The notes under the pieces are model-generated. The model was given only the letters and a program-made list of their open reading frames with translations. It did no database searches and was not told where the DNA came from. The position numbers were made by a program, and so were the translations under genes. Below are positions 50,761 through 62,409 of a stretch of 64,000 nucleotides of DNA, piece after piece. Source of the DNA: Lama guanicoe (lineage: Eukaryota); the NCBI GenBank assembly GCA_013239625.1, contig MU054129.1:189238-253237 (forward strand). Direction: 5' to 3'. How positions within the stretch are numbered: position 1 is the first letter of the stretch; each line of letters begins with the position of its first letter.

Positions 50761-53094
50761 GGGAGACAGATGGAGAGAGGTAGTGTGGCTCATGTACAAA
50801 CTGTGAGCAGTTTCATGGCTGCCTTTAGGCTGGAGAAGCCGCAGAAGAGCCCAGGTTAGACCATGGGTGGCTTTGATTGCACTTGAAAGCCAGCTTTCCT
50901 GCCTGTATGGTGAAGCCTGGTGGGCGTGGCAGGCAGATGATCAAGGTCTGATGAAGGTCATTGGCTGCACAGAGCGCTGTGTCTGTGAGAACTGGAGGCT
51001 ATCGCCATGAGAAATGCTTGGTGCCAGGAGCACAACAGGGGAGCACGGAGCCTGTGTGTTAAGGGTTTTCCAGTCCTGGAAGTGGAAAGAGCAGATTCTG
51101 CATTCAGATCTGAGTTTGAATCCATCCTCTCCTGTTTCTTGGTCCTCTAATTTTGTCAAGTTATACACCGTCTTTGAACTCCTGTTTTCTTGTCTCTCAA
51201 AACAGGAGAATTATGGCCTGCTGAGTGTTTGATCAGGGTAAATGATTTGTATCTGTAAAATGCCACGTACGTGACAAGCTCAGTGAGAAATGCGCTGTCG
51301 CCTCTTCTTCTGCAATTCAGTGCTCTACAAGACATCGGGGGAAAGTCAGTTCCTAATATGTATGTGATGAAAGTAGGAACAATATTAATGTCTTATCTTT
51401 CTCTAGCCGTATTCTTACTCCTTTGCTTCATTTACCTCTTTCCTCCTTTCCTTTCCCCTTTCACTTCCTGCACCAAAAGAGTTTGAGACTTTCTCAGAAC
51501 ACTAGATTCAAATTACTATAAAAGTTGGCTCATCCGCATGAAATGACAGTGACATAAAAAAATCTGTTCACATCCCAGACTTGATTGATTGTATTTGATT
51601 TACACACACACCACAGACACACACACACCACCCCCGGCTACCTCCCAATTGCTTAGGGAGAAGGACCACCTTTTCTGAGATTTCATTCACTGAGTGTGAG
51701 AGAAAAGTCTCTTAAGCAGACTTTCACCTGGTTTCATGCATTTTTTTTTATTGGATTTCTGCTTTGTGGCCATAGAAATATTCCCCTATTAGAAAAGAGG
51801 AAGTGAAGACATTGAGATTCTGCTGAGAAATTGGTATCATCATATTTGTGTTGGAAAGGTCTTAAGACAGCATAGAGTCATAACTTTTTATAGGTGAGAA
51901 TACATGATGGTGTAATTTGGACAAGAACCCGGATCTTCTGTCTTTGTGTCTACGCGGATTAAGAGGTAACTGGGTGGAGGATGGCAGGGTCCCTTCTTGC
52001 TAGTTTTCATTACTCACCTGCCTTTAGTTTATGTCCATGTGGCCTCTTGTGGGAATGTCACTCTGTCCTGATAGATGGAGTTTCTAATCAGCAAAAAGCT
52101 CTGACCCACTCACATTTCCCAGTTTTTTTTTTTTTTTTGCTAACCTGCTAACACTTCATGTAAATGAGACCTAAGAAAACTACTGGATATAAAATCCTTA
52201 TTGTTATCATTTACCCTCGTGTTCCATAGGTATGGGGTGCTGTCTGAGGTTAGAGCTGAACAAAGACAGGGTGATAGGCTGTGCTGCTGGACCCTCCCCA
52301 GTCAAATGGGATCTCCACCTTAGTGTTTAGAATCAGGCAGACCTGAGTTCAAACCCTGCCTTTACTAGTTACTAGATTTATGATCTTGGGGAAGAAACTA
52401 CTTTTTTGGGTCCCATTTTCTTTATCTGTAAATAAGTTCAGTATTTATTTTAGGGTTTTTGTTTTAGAATTGAATGAGCTAATTCCCTCATTTATTCCTA
52501 AAATACTGATCGTGTGGTTCTATACTGGTGCCTTGGTAATTGATTACTAAGGGACTCGGCAGTGAGAATGGAGGTGGGGCCTCCTGGATCATAGAGCTTA
52601 TATTCCAGGATATGCTTGTAAAAGACTGGATGTGCAGTGGATTTTAAGTAAATGTCCATTACTTTCTTAATCCCCATTGATTGTGTATATATCTTTATAC
52701 TAATATATGAACAATTTTTTATTGCAATTTAAATGTCTTTGTGGTATTTAAAATATGTAGCTATAACAAAAATACGTGAAATAAAATGATTTGACTTTTA
52801 TTTTCCTTTCAATAAGCAAAACAAAATAAAATAGAAAAGATAACAAAAGTTTTGAAGGAGTAGAAATAATTTTATTTCCATGGAATCAAGTCCCTATGTT
52901 AGGTTTTTTGGTTGTGTTGTTAAACGGCATATAAAATTGATAGGTTGTGACTTCAGTGTTGATAGTTAGGTAAGTATAGTTTCTTTTTGTGGTTGTCTTT
53001 GATGAATTGTTTGCACTAGATCATAAATGATGTGCATGCCACATATTGGAAACGAGGAAACAGTCGAGACATACTCCCTCCAATGCAGTCATTT

Positions 53095-53628
53095 TGTTAC
53101 CGAGTCCAAACTCATTCTGCTCGCCATATAACATTCTAATAAATTGGGAGAGAGGTGTTGGGGCAAGGAATAGTGACTATTTGAAAAGCTGGCAGACCCA
53201 GAAATGGCAGACTGATGTCCTAGAGAACCCTCTTCCCCAAGTCAGAATTCAGGCTCCTTTTATACTGGAAAGCGGAGGGGGCGTGGATGGTTGTTGCAAA
53301 CTTCTTGCTCTAGGAATTGTTTGTTCTTGGAATTCTTTGTTCTTGCAGCGGTCCATGTGGGTCAGGTCATGGTGCCTCTGTAAAACCTCCAACAAAACAA
53401 AGGTTATTCTCTATTTTGCAACTTGCCATCTCTACATAAGTGCAGAAGAACTAACATCCTTAAAGATCAGGGCCCGGCGAATAGGCTCTCCTGTAGATTT
53501 CAGGCTAAAGTCAACTTCCTTTTACAAAAGGTACAGAGCTAGCAAGCCTGAGCCTAGAAAACAGGGCAAAGGTTTAGAGCCAAAGGAACAGATCTCACAT
53601 GGAGTCAAATTTATTCTTTTCTATTACA
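53095..53628 (-). mobile_element. ERV1-type solo LTR, copy C, 534 bp, with 4-bp TSD ATTT
   Basis: attt|tgttaccgagtcc...ttctattaca|attt; same family as 17984-18480 and 19141-19664. It accounts for the 216-aa ORF 53046-53696. Confidence 0.92.
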
Positions 53629-54781
53629 ATTTCTTTTTCCACCTCATAAATAATTTTAGTAAGAAACATGAGCAATTTTGTATTTTTGCTTCTTAACGGA
53701 TAAGTGAGCCAACTACATTTTTGTGAGCAGGGATGCTGTGCGGGCCTTGGGGTTACAGGAAACTCTTGTTGGGGGTGGCTGACCCCACAACATGTCTGAT
53801 GCCCCGTGAGTGTTGGTGAGGGTCCCCCCAGCCTGGGGCTCTCTTCAGGCACCAGGATATGGGCATTTACCTCTGGAGACCTCTTTTTCAGCTGCAGGAA
53901 ATTTTTTCAGATATTGTGATTGAAAAATCACTCCAGCTGGGGATAATTAGGGGAAAAGGAAAAGGAAACAGGTTTGGAGTAGAGTAGGAAAGAAAGGTAG
54001 AAGATCACGGAGCCTGAGTGCTTGGCAGCAGGGCCTCCGGAGAGAGGGGAGCAGAGGGGGAGTGGCCCGGTTCCAGAACCAGCTCCTGCACCTGTCCCGC
54101 GCCCAAGGCACACAGCTTTAAATTGACCTCAGCCACTCTCCTGGCTGGATGTCACCCTGGGCAGAACCTTGAGAACCAAAAGTGAGGGGTGGGCAGCACT
54201 CACCTAGGGGGTCACTGAGGACTTCCGTCAAGTCCACAGTGACTTTTCTGGTCATGTGTCTTCACTTGTCCTTTATCTCAGGATCTGAGGAGCAGGAGCA
54301 AGGAACTCAGGGAAAGATCCAGGAAGACATCTGACTGTTAAGAGACGACAGTCACAGCGACACGGGAAGCGAGGACTATCGCAGCAAAGTAAAATGACTT
54401 CACAACTATTGCACAGAGCTGCAGGTGTGAGAGAGCCTAAGCCTGTCTCAGAGTGCAGGGGACAAGCAGAAAGGAATGATAAAATTAACACTGACAATTG
54501 AAATTTTTTAAAGTAGTCTGCTACTGTTGGTTGTATCACTTGAATGTATGCAGGTGTATTTCTCTGGGTATTTATACGTTCACACAACCCCACCAGTCCC
54601 TCTTGCCCCCTTCGGGGATGGGCTCTCTCAAGCACAGTGCCCCTCTTGCTTGGGTGGGCCACGCTGCGGGTCCTCGCCTGGGGCCGGGCTGCTGCAGGGC
54701 ACTGAGTCCCCGAGGCACTGCCAGTGAGACACGACAGGAACATCTCTGCTCTTGACTGAGGGCCTCCTTTTCCCCCTGCAG

Positions 54782-54905
54782 TGTTAAGAATGCCGGTGAC
54801 TGAGTTAGAAGCATCCATCCAAGCCATCCGTGTCCTCGCCATCCAGAAGCAAAGCCTGAAGCTTCCGAATATCTCCAGAATTCAGTTTATATTCACCTTC
54901 GACAG
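54782..54905 (+). pseudogene. TRAPPC9: TRAPPC9-like pseudo-exon (human exon 7 equivalent); frameshifted, splice sites intact
   Basis: ccttttccccctgcag|tgttaagaatgcc... pieces KNA / VTELEASIQAIRVLAIQKQS / EASEYLQNSVYIHLRQ|gtgaat vs recalled [42 protein letters not shown]. Confidence 0.95.
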
Positions 54906-57359
54906 GTGAATGTGTGTCCTTTTACAAGTGGGGGAATTACTGCAGTTTTCCTGGAACTTACTCACCACTAGTCCATCTGATTTTTCTGTGCTAGGATTCA
55001 GTATGGCATGCTAAAAATTCTGGAGTCAGATGTTGAAATCCTGATGAAGAGGATTATTTATTTTATTTCTTTATATAATAGTCTTTTACTTTCAAAATTC
55101 AGAATTTTCGGTTCTTTCAGGAATTTTTGGGAGGTTGGAGAAACAACTTTGCTCTTACCATCTTTGCGACCTGTTGCTTTATGCCTCTCACTTGTCTTCT
55201 GTCACTTGTGAGGCAGTTCCATTTGTGACCCTGTGCGGGTTGTTCATGTTATAAAACATGAAATCTGTGAAAGTACTGTTTCTTTTACTCTGAAGACATT
55301 CCACAAATACTACTTAAATCTGAGTGTTGTTTTAGAAGACAGAAACATTAGAACATATACTTGCAGGTTGCTAGTTCAAAGTCCCCAAATCAATAGTCTA
55401 GCTAAACATCTAAAATCTTTCTAATCTACCTTGAATTTGTATGGATAAGTGAAGCAGTTTGCTAAGAACTCAAGACCAGGGTTAGAATACAGGCTAGTGT
55501 AGGTCAGCAAGTTCTCCTAATCCAGCGCTGTGCCAGAGGGCGGGGCTGGGGGAGAGGGCAGGGCCTGCCCTCCCTGAGCTGATGGTTTCTTGGCAAAGAC
55601 GTTCACCAGGGGAAGAATTTGAAGTTCCTTCTAAACAGTGGGTTCCAAAAGAGTCTTAAAAGCACGGAGTGACAGAATCCCATTTGTCTCAAGAAGGGGA
55701 GAGCGGCTGTGGGGCCACTTGGGAGACTCATGGGTCCAAGTGGGCAGTGTTGGTGGCTTCCACTTGAGAAGTGGGACGGTCAGTGGGAAAAAGTGAACAG
55801 ATTGAAGGCATGTTTAGATGGTAAAAAGGAAAGGGTGAATGATGTCTGTGAGGGTAGGATGGAGTAAGGCCCAGGTTTCTGGGTGGATTAATGAGGTAAA
55901 TGATGGTCCTGCGGTGCTCTGAGGAGGGAAAGCTGCAGAGGAAGCTCTGGGGGAAAATTGATGGGTTCAGCTGTGGGTAAAGTGAAAGGCTGTTAGATGT
56001 GTGGTCTGGGAGCTCAGGTGAGAGCCAGTAGCGAGTAGGGAGAGGGGAGAGAGACTTTCAAATCATTTTGTCTTGTGAACATACAAAAAGGTATGAGTAA
56101 TAATACACTTACACCTCTATATTCTGAATTTAAAGCCCATTAATATTTTGCTATATTGACTGCAGAAGTTCTTAAATTTTTTTTAATAGAAATAAAATAA
56201 ATAGAAACAGAATAGTGGAGTTAATGAACATCTTAGAGTTGATGTGTGCCCTTGTATGTATTTTGATACCTCATCTGTTTATAACCATAATCTATAAAAT
56301 GTTAACTAGTTTAGCATAAGAGTTAAACAGAGGGACATGACACACAGTGTTGGGGGTTGAAGCTGATCTTCTTGGGCAAATTACTTTGCCTCTCTGCCTT
56401 AGTTCCATCTTCTGTGACTGACCCCGAGCCCCTCATCACAGTTGATTTCCTAGACTAGATGTTGGGAGGGAGGCTGCTGTAGGGAGTGAGAAGTGGCAAC
56501 TGCCAGGGACACTGAAAAGAGAGACAAAAACAGATTAAAGCCGATAAACTGAGTACAAACAAACACCCTCAAAAGAGAAGAATCCCACAGTGTTTTGAGC
56601 CACTTAGCATAAGGGAAACAAATCCAAGTGGACCCAAAGCTCTTGAGTATGTGAGTATTGTGGGTGGGGAAGTGTCATCAGAAAAGGATTGAGAAAAGAC
56701 CTTTTGGTTTCCCTTGATGTTTCTGGTAAGGATGGGGATCAGAAGCGAAAAACCCCCGCTTCACAGTGGAAGCTGCTGTTTTGTGAGAAAGTAACCAAAG
56801 GTTGGGAACCAGCCATCAGCATTGCTGGCAAATGAAGAGACTCCTGGATTGGGTGGGGCACTTGCTGTGACTTCCAGGTGACCTGCTGGCTGGGGGCTGT
56901 GAGGCCTGCAGTAGATTTGCAGGGTGGCCCAGGCATAATCCCTGGCCTTTAGGCTGATGGCCTGATTAGCAGACCTGGGCACAAGCAGTCCTAATGGGGC
57001 AGTTCAGGATGTGGCCTGGGACACTTGCCATGCTGAGGGTGAGAGGAGTGCTCCCCTGAGGGGGTGTCCCTTCGGAGAGTGGAAATATCCTCCTGCAGGG
57101 GAGGAAGGGCCTCTGAGCAGGGGGCTGGATGCACAGGCAAGACCAGCTTTAGCACTGAGGGTTCGGGGAGCCAGAAGTCACAGTGGCCCGAACAGCCTTG
57201 TTCCTGAGAGACTGGAGGGAAAAGATGCTGAAAAGGCAGGCTGGGGACCGACCATGTGGTGGGTCATGAGTGACAGGAAAAGACTTGTCAGGCAGGCACG
57301 AGAGAAAACTTGGGCGTCCCAGCTGTGGCGTCACAACGGAGGGAGGAGCAGAGTTATAG

Positions 57360-58960
57360 ACTATGCCACTTATTAGCTGTGTGACCTTGAGCACGATCAC
57401 CCCACCTCTCTCTATATATATCTTCATCTGTAAAGTGACAGAGTGACAAGCTCGTGTCATCAGAAGGCTTAGTTTAGCTTTGATCCTCTGTGTCCAGTCT
57501 TGTCAGTGCTGCCCTGCAAGGTTCTGCAGCGGCTGCTCTTACCCTGAGATGGGAGGGAGTAGAGGGACATTGTAGCGCCCGAGGGCAAGAAGGGGTTGCT
57601 TTAAAAACAGACATGCAGCCGCCTGCAGCTGCAGACCTGCAGGCAGTTTGTATGATGGTGGTGGAGAGGACTTTGGAGGACTTAGTATCATCTTAAGACT
57701 TGCTTCCCCTTGGGGACCGGAATTGCCTTTGCAGATTAATGTTGAAGATTTGGGCTTCTGGCAAAGCTGTTTTCAGAGGTGGGTATATAAGTAATGTATT
57801 GTATAAAATAAAATGCTTTTATTTAACTTGTGGGACTTTGCAGCTGTTGGGAACAGCTCTGTTGGCCTGGTCTCCATGGAGGAAACTAGCGGTCAGCAGA
57901 GCATGCGGGAGGGCAGGCCGCCCACCGTGCTGCTGCAGGGGGTTCTCCCCAGCACGGCGCTCTGCTATGTTGACTCTTCTCTGAGTTTGGTTGCCAGGTG
58001 AGAAGACAGCAAATTAATGATTTCTGGTGGGATTGTATAATGACAGGAAGAAAGAGGGACCCGTAGTTTTTCGGGACTAGAACACGCTTTTGGTTCCTGA
58101 TCCAGTGTGTTCCATTGTGGAATTGATGAGTTGTGTCTGTTCTGGATCTGATTTGGGCTAATGTGCAAACTTGGAAAGAAACTGAGATGGAATTGTTGCA
58201 GGTAACTTGTGTTTTAATAAGCCTTGTGCAAACATAAACACAGAGGAAGCATACATTTGGATTTGGTGGTGTAGGAAATGGGTTCTGCACGTTACAGGAG
58301 AAGGCAAGGCAAATTTCCTGTTCTTTGTGGTCAGGGACGTGGGTCCGCCTGTCTTTTCTGTAGCGGTTTCTGAGAGCAGTTTATGGTAATTAACCAGCGT
58401 TGACAAACGGTGGCACACATTGCATTTAAGAGCTGGCCGGCTGCAAACTTGTGTATTAGGTAGGTGGATTTCACAGGTAAATGGTCAGGCGAATGGGAGA
58501 AAGAAGGAGCACAGGCCTGGGCACTCCAGCTTCACGTTTAAATCACCATTTCCTCACCATAGGACCTTGGACTAGAATGTAACCTCCCTTAGTCTGTTGG
58601 TGAATCTGTAAAATGGGCATGATGATATTCGCTTCTTCCTGTGTTTTTTGAAATTTGTAAACACTATGATAACACACATGAAGCTCTTAACACACTGTTT
58701 GGCACATAGCAGTGTTTACTGTGTGCAGCCGCCCCGCTTGGCGTGCGTCAGACCCGTAAAGGCAGCATGTGTCTGTTGAGGACGCACTGGTAGCCCCTTG
58801 AATAGGTTGTCAATTTGGTGATTTACTTTAATCCTTGTAACTCTATGTACCATGGGCAGTTATTTTCATAGACAGATGAGGAATCTCAGGGTAAAGAAGA
58901 CTGTGTAATTTGCCCAAAGTCAGACCAGAATTTTGGGTGCCGGGGCCTCAGTTCAGCATG
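57360..58960. mobile_element. Cluster of MIR SINE remnants (about 57360-57480, 58510-58720, 58820-58960)
   Basis: MIR core motifs gccacttattagctgtgtgaccttgagca...tcttcatctgtaaagtg; aatctgtaaaatggg; acagatgaggaatctcaggg...ttgcccaaagtca. Similar MIRs occur near 13.1, 20.4, 43.7, 51.1 and 52.3 kb. Confidence 0.7.
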
Positions 58961-59909
58961 GGCCCCTGGTTTTCTGCCCTCTCCATTCAGCACCAGAGCC
59001 AGACGTGGGTTCGCCTGTCTCCCAGCCCAGAATATCCAGCAGGCAGCAAGACACACCTGGCCCTGTGCTGCTTAAGCAAAAACTCCAGAGGGGAGGCAGG
59101 TAATAAAGGGATAAACATAAAAACAGATGACAGCAAACTGCGATCAGCTCTGAGAAGGAAAGGAACACGCCTTGCCGTGCAGAGCTGGGAGCTTTCCCGT
59201 TGGGGCTGCTCTGGGGGCGTTCATCTCAGCTAAACAAGCTCTGCTGCTGCACCAAGGCAGGAAGGCAGGGCGCGTGTGGCCAGGTAGACTGGGCCTCGTT
59301 GATCATACTCATTCTCCATTAAGCGGCAGCTGTCACGGGCAATTACCTAGTAAACAGATGTTGGCCATAATCTTCATGCACTTTGCTCAGTAGTTTTATT
59401 GGCCACACCTTTGAGATGAGGTCATTGAAGCTGGGGAGTTTGCTGCATGCCTGTGATTACCTTGGAAATACCCCCACTGGTCTTTCAACCTGGACTCGTG
59501 TGGCTGTCATATCCCAGCCCTGTGAATGGCATCGTGTAGCTTCTCCCAAGCAGCCCAAATGACTGACATTGATTTTCTTAATTCGTAGGAAATGGTATGT
59601 GACAATAAGGGGAAAATGTAGTAAGAAATTGGAAAACTAGAAAAAAATCCAATACTTCCCCAGCTGGGGGCCAGTGTCACTCACCCCACTCACTGCCTGG
59701 CACCTCCTCCCTGCTGACTCCGTGTTCAGAAGCCACTCTGAGCCTTTGAAGAACATTTTGCCTCATGACGCTTTTGACTAGGACCTGTGACCTCTCTGTG
59801 TCTGGTTAACTCTCTCTTCAAAGCCATTTGGATTTCAACGCAGGCTCCTCCACTCAGATGTAAGAATAGCCTCTTTAAACTCCTTAATGCAGCTCCTTAA
59901 TGAAGACCT

Positions 59910-60427
59910 TGTGAAGGAAATCTGGCCAAAACCTGGGGGGTATGCACGCAGTGACTGTAACCTCAGCACTTTGTCAAGTTCAGAATCAGAGGGGTGGGAG
60001 ACTCAGGAAAGGCTTTTTTAAGGTAGAAAGGGGAAAGTGAAAGGATGCAGGATCTATGAGACTGAAACATCTCGGTCCCAGCCAGCAAGGCATCTGCTTT
60101 CAGGATAGTGTGTGGAGAGTGCAGAGTTCTCAGAAATAAAGAAGTGGTGGGATGGGAGGGAGGACAGTTAGGTTCTTTACTGGGGAAGGAAAAAGAGGGG
60201 GCTGAAAATTTCCTGATTGAACAAGAGGACTGTGACATGATGTGCTTGTATTTTGGAGAGAAGGGTTTTGTGGGGACAGGCCTAGAGAGAACGCTCTCTG
60301 GGTGGGGAGTCAGCACAACAGGGAACTGGGCAGACCCGAGGGCCTTGCTGGGGGAGGGGCTACCTGCCAGGTCCAACCCTGGGGGCTGCCTCTGCCTCTT
60401 AGCTGGGGACTCAGAGCTCCCTTCACA
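59910..60427. mobile_element. Probable solo LTR, 518 bp
   Basis: Perfect 8-bp terminal inverted ends tgtgaagg...ccttcaca (TG..CA) and LTR-like size. TSD not evident. Confidence 0.5.
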
Positions 60428-60436
60428 GCCCAGTCT

Positions 60437-61053
60437 TGTTGATACAAGAAAACAGATGTGGGGCATGAGAAGGACTGTGTCCCAGGCTTTGGTTGAGCCC
60501 CTGGGAAGTGCCCCTCCAGATGTGGGTCCTTGGCTTCATGCAGGAAAGAATTCAAGAGCAAGCCACTGTTGGGTAAAGGTAGATTTATTCAGAGAGATAC
60601 ATTAAAAGGCAAGAGAAAGGCCACAAGGTGTGGGGGTTGGGTGCTCAGATTAAAAGTAGATGCACACTCCACAGAGTGTGGGCCTTCTCCGAAGAGGGAG
60701 AGAGAGTGGGAGGCGGTGCTGTGTTTCTGGTTTTCATGGGTTTGGTGGCTTCATATGCTAATAAGTAGAAGGGCCAGCCTAAGGGCATGGGGCTGGGATT
60801 CTCAGGGAGTTGGTCATTTCCCACCCTGTGACCTTTTGTGGCTAGCCTTGGGACTGCCATGGTGCCTGGGGGCGTGTTACTCACCATGTTACTATTACAA
60901 TGGGTATATAATGAAGCTCAAGATCTGCTAGAATTTAAATCTCTTCATCCTGAGCCTCAAGGCCTATTGGGGGTTGAATCCTTCACTATTTTGGTGTTAA
61001 TTGCTGTGGCCTTCCTTGAATGGCTGTGCTCTTCCCCCTTCCATCCTGTCTCA
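60437..61053 (-). mobile_element. ERV1 (MER4-group-like) solo LTR
   Basis: tgttgata...cctgtctca; ccttggcttcatgcaggaaagaattcaagagcaagcc followed by antisense AATAAA (atttattc ~60583). Confidence 0.7.
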
Positions 61054-61312
61054 CTGTGATGACACCTAGAGAGCAAAGGCCGGCCCTGCCTGTGCTCCTG
61101 CATTTAACGGGGGAGGGGTGGGGTGGGCTGAGGATGACTCTGAGTGGTGACAAGGATGTTTCAGATTTTCGCACGTGGGACATGGGGACCTGCCAGCAGC
61201 CACCGCGATTTATCTCACTGGCATTATGGCTTTTGTCACTCATCTTTTCCTATTTTTCTTTTTTTTAAAGTATTTAATCTAAACTTGATATCAGTTTTTT
61301 TAAAGAAGAAAT

Positions 61313-61457
61313 TTTTCTTTTTCTTTTCTTTGGGGCTGTTTTGCGGGTTAGGTAATCAGGTGTATTTGTTTGTTAGTGGAGGCCCTGGGGCTTGAAACCT
61401 GGAGACCGTGCACCCGCTAAGCAAGTGCTCTGCCACTGGGCTGTACCACCCACCCCA
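61313..61457 (-). mobile_element. tRNA-derived SINE (camelid Vic-1-like), diverged
   Basis: ggtaatcaggtgtattt...ggaggccctggggcttgaaacctggagaccgtgcacccgctaagcaagtgctctgccactgggctgtacc. Confidence 0.75.
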
Positions 61458-61789
61458 TCATCTTTTTCTTTTTGCTTCAGCTTGCCAACAATCTTAGAGC
61501 TGAATTTCTGGTCGGCCTTTAACACTTACCCTGACTTCATGGCATGCATTTTTATGGCTTTACCTCCCCCGATTTCATTTAAGTATTGAATCTCCATTTT
61601 CTCTTCACTCTCACTTTTGTGTTTTTTGTTATTGTTGTTAAGTTGTGTTTTAAAAATTGTTTTATTTCTCTTTTAGCAGGAGGCTGAAAGAAAATATGTA
61701 AACAGACATCACAATTAATTGCTTTTATACATTCTAAGGTGTTTACTAGTTATTCAAAAACCGAATTGAATATTAAAGTGATAAAAATT

Positions 61790-61977
61790 TTAAATTATTT
61801 TTCAATTTTTTATAAAGGTATAGTTGTACAATATTATATGTTTCAGGTGTACAATAGAGTCATAATTTTTAATGTTATGCTCCATTTATAGTTATTGTAA
61901 AACATTAACTGTATTCCCTGTGTTGTAAGATACATCCCTGTAGCGTGTTTATGTTACATGGAGCAGTTTGTATAAGA
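61790..61977 (-). mobile_element. L1 extreme 3' end fragment
   Basis: gtacaatattatatgtttcaggtgtacaatagagt...tgctccatttatagttattgtaaaacattaactgtattccctgtgttgt. Confidence 0.75.
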
Positions 61978-62409
61978 AAGTTGGGTAACACAGAGTCTGG
62001 GGCGCGGCTGTGTCTGATCCAGTTTCACGGTCACTGAAGCACCTGCCTGTCAGAGCCCAGGCCCTCACTCCTGTTTGCGGGGAGTGAGTGGAGGCAGAGA
62101 CAGCAGTGACTGTGGACGTGCAAAGTGTTGTTCCAGTAGCTTTACACTCATTTCTACATTTTATCCTTAAAGCCCTCCTGTGAGGAATCATTTTATGGTT
62201 TTTAATGAATAATACACTTTATTTTTATTTTGAAAATCTTCAAAGCTCTGGAAAATTTACAGGAGTAGCACAATGAATGCTTAGATACATTTCACCTTAA
62301 AGGACAGTATTTGCCCTTTTGTGTCTGGCTTATTTTAGCATACTGTTTTCAAGGTTCATCCATGTTGTAGCCTGAATCAGTACTTTTTTCTTTTGGTTTG
62401 ATAATATTC

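Noticed and set aside
53046..53696. 216-aa ORF as a novel gene
   Set aside because: It lies almost wholly within a solo LTR bounded by an ATTT TSD, and the related LTR copies do not keep the full frame.
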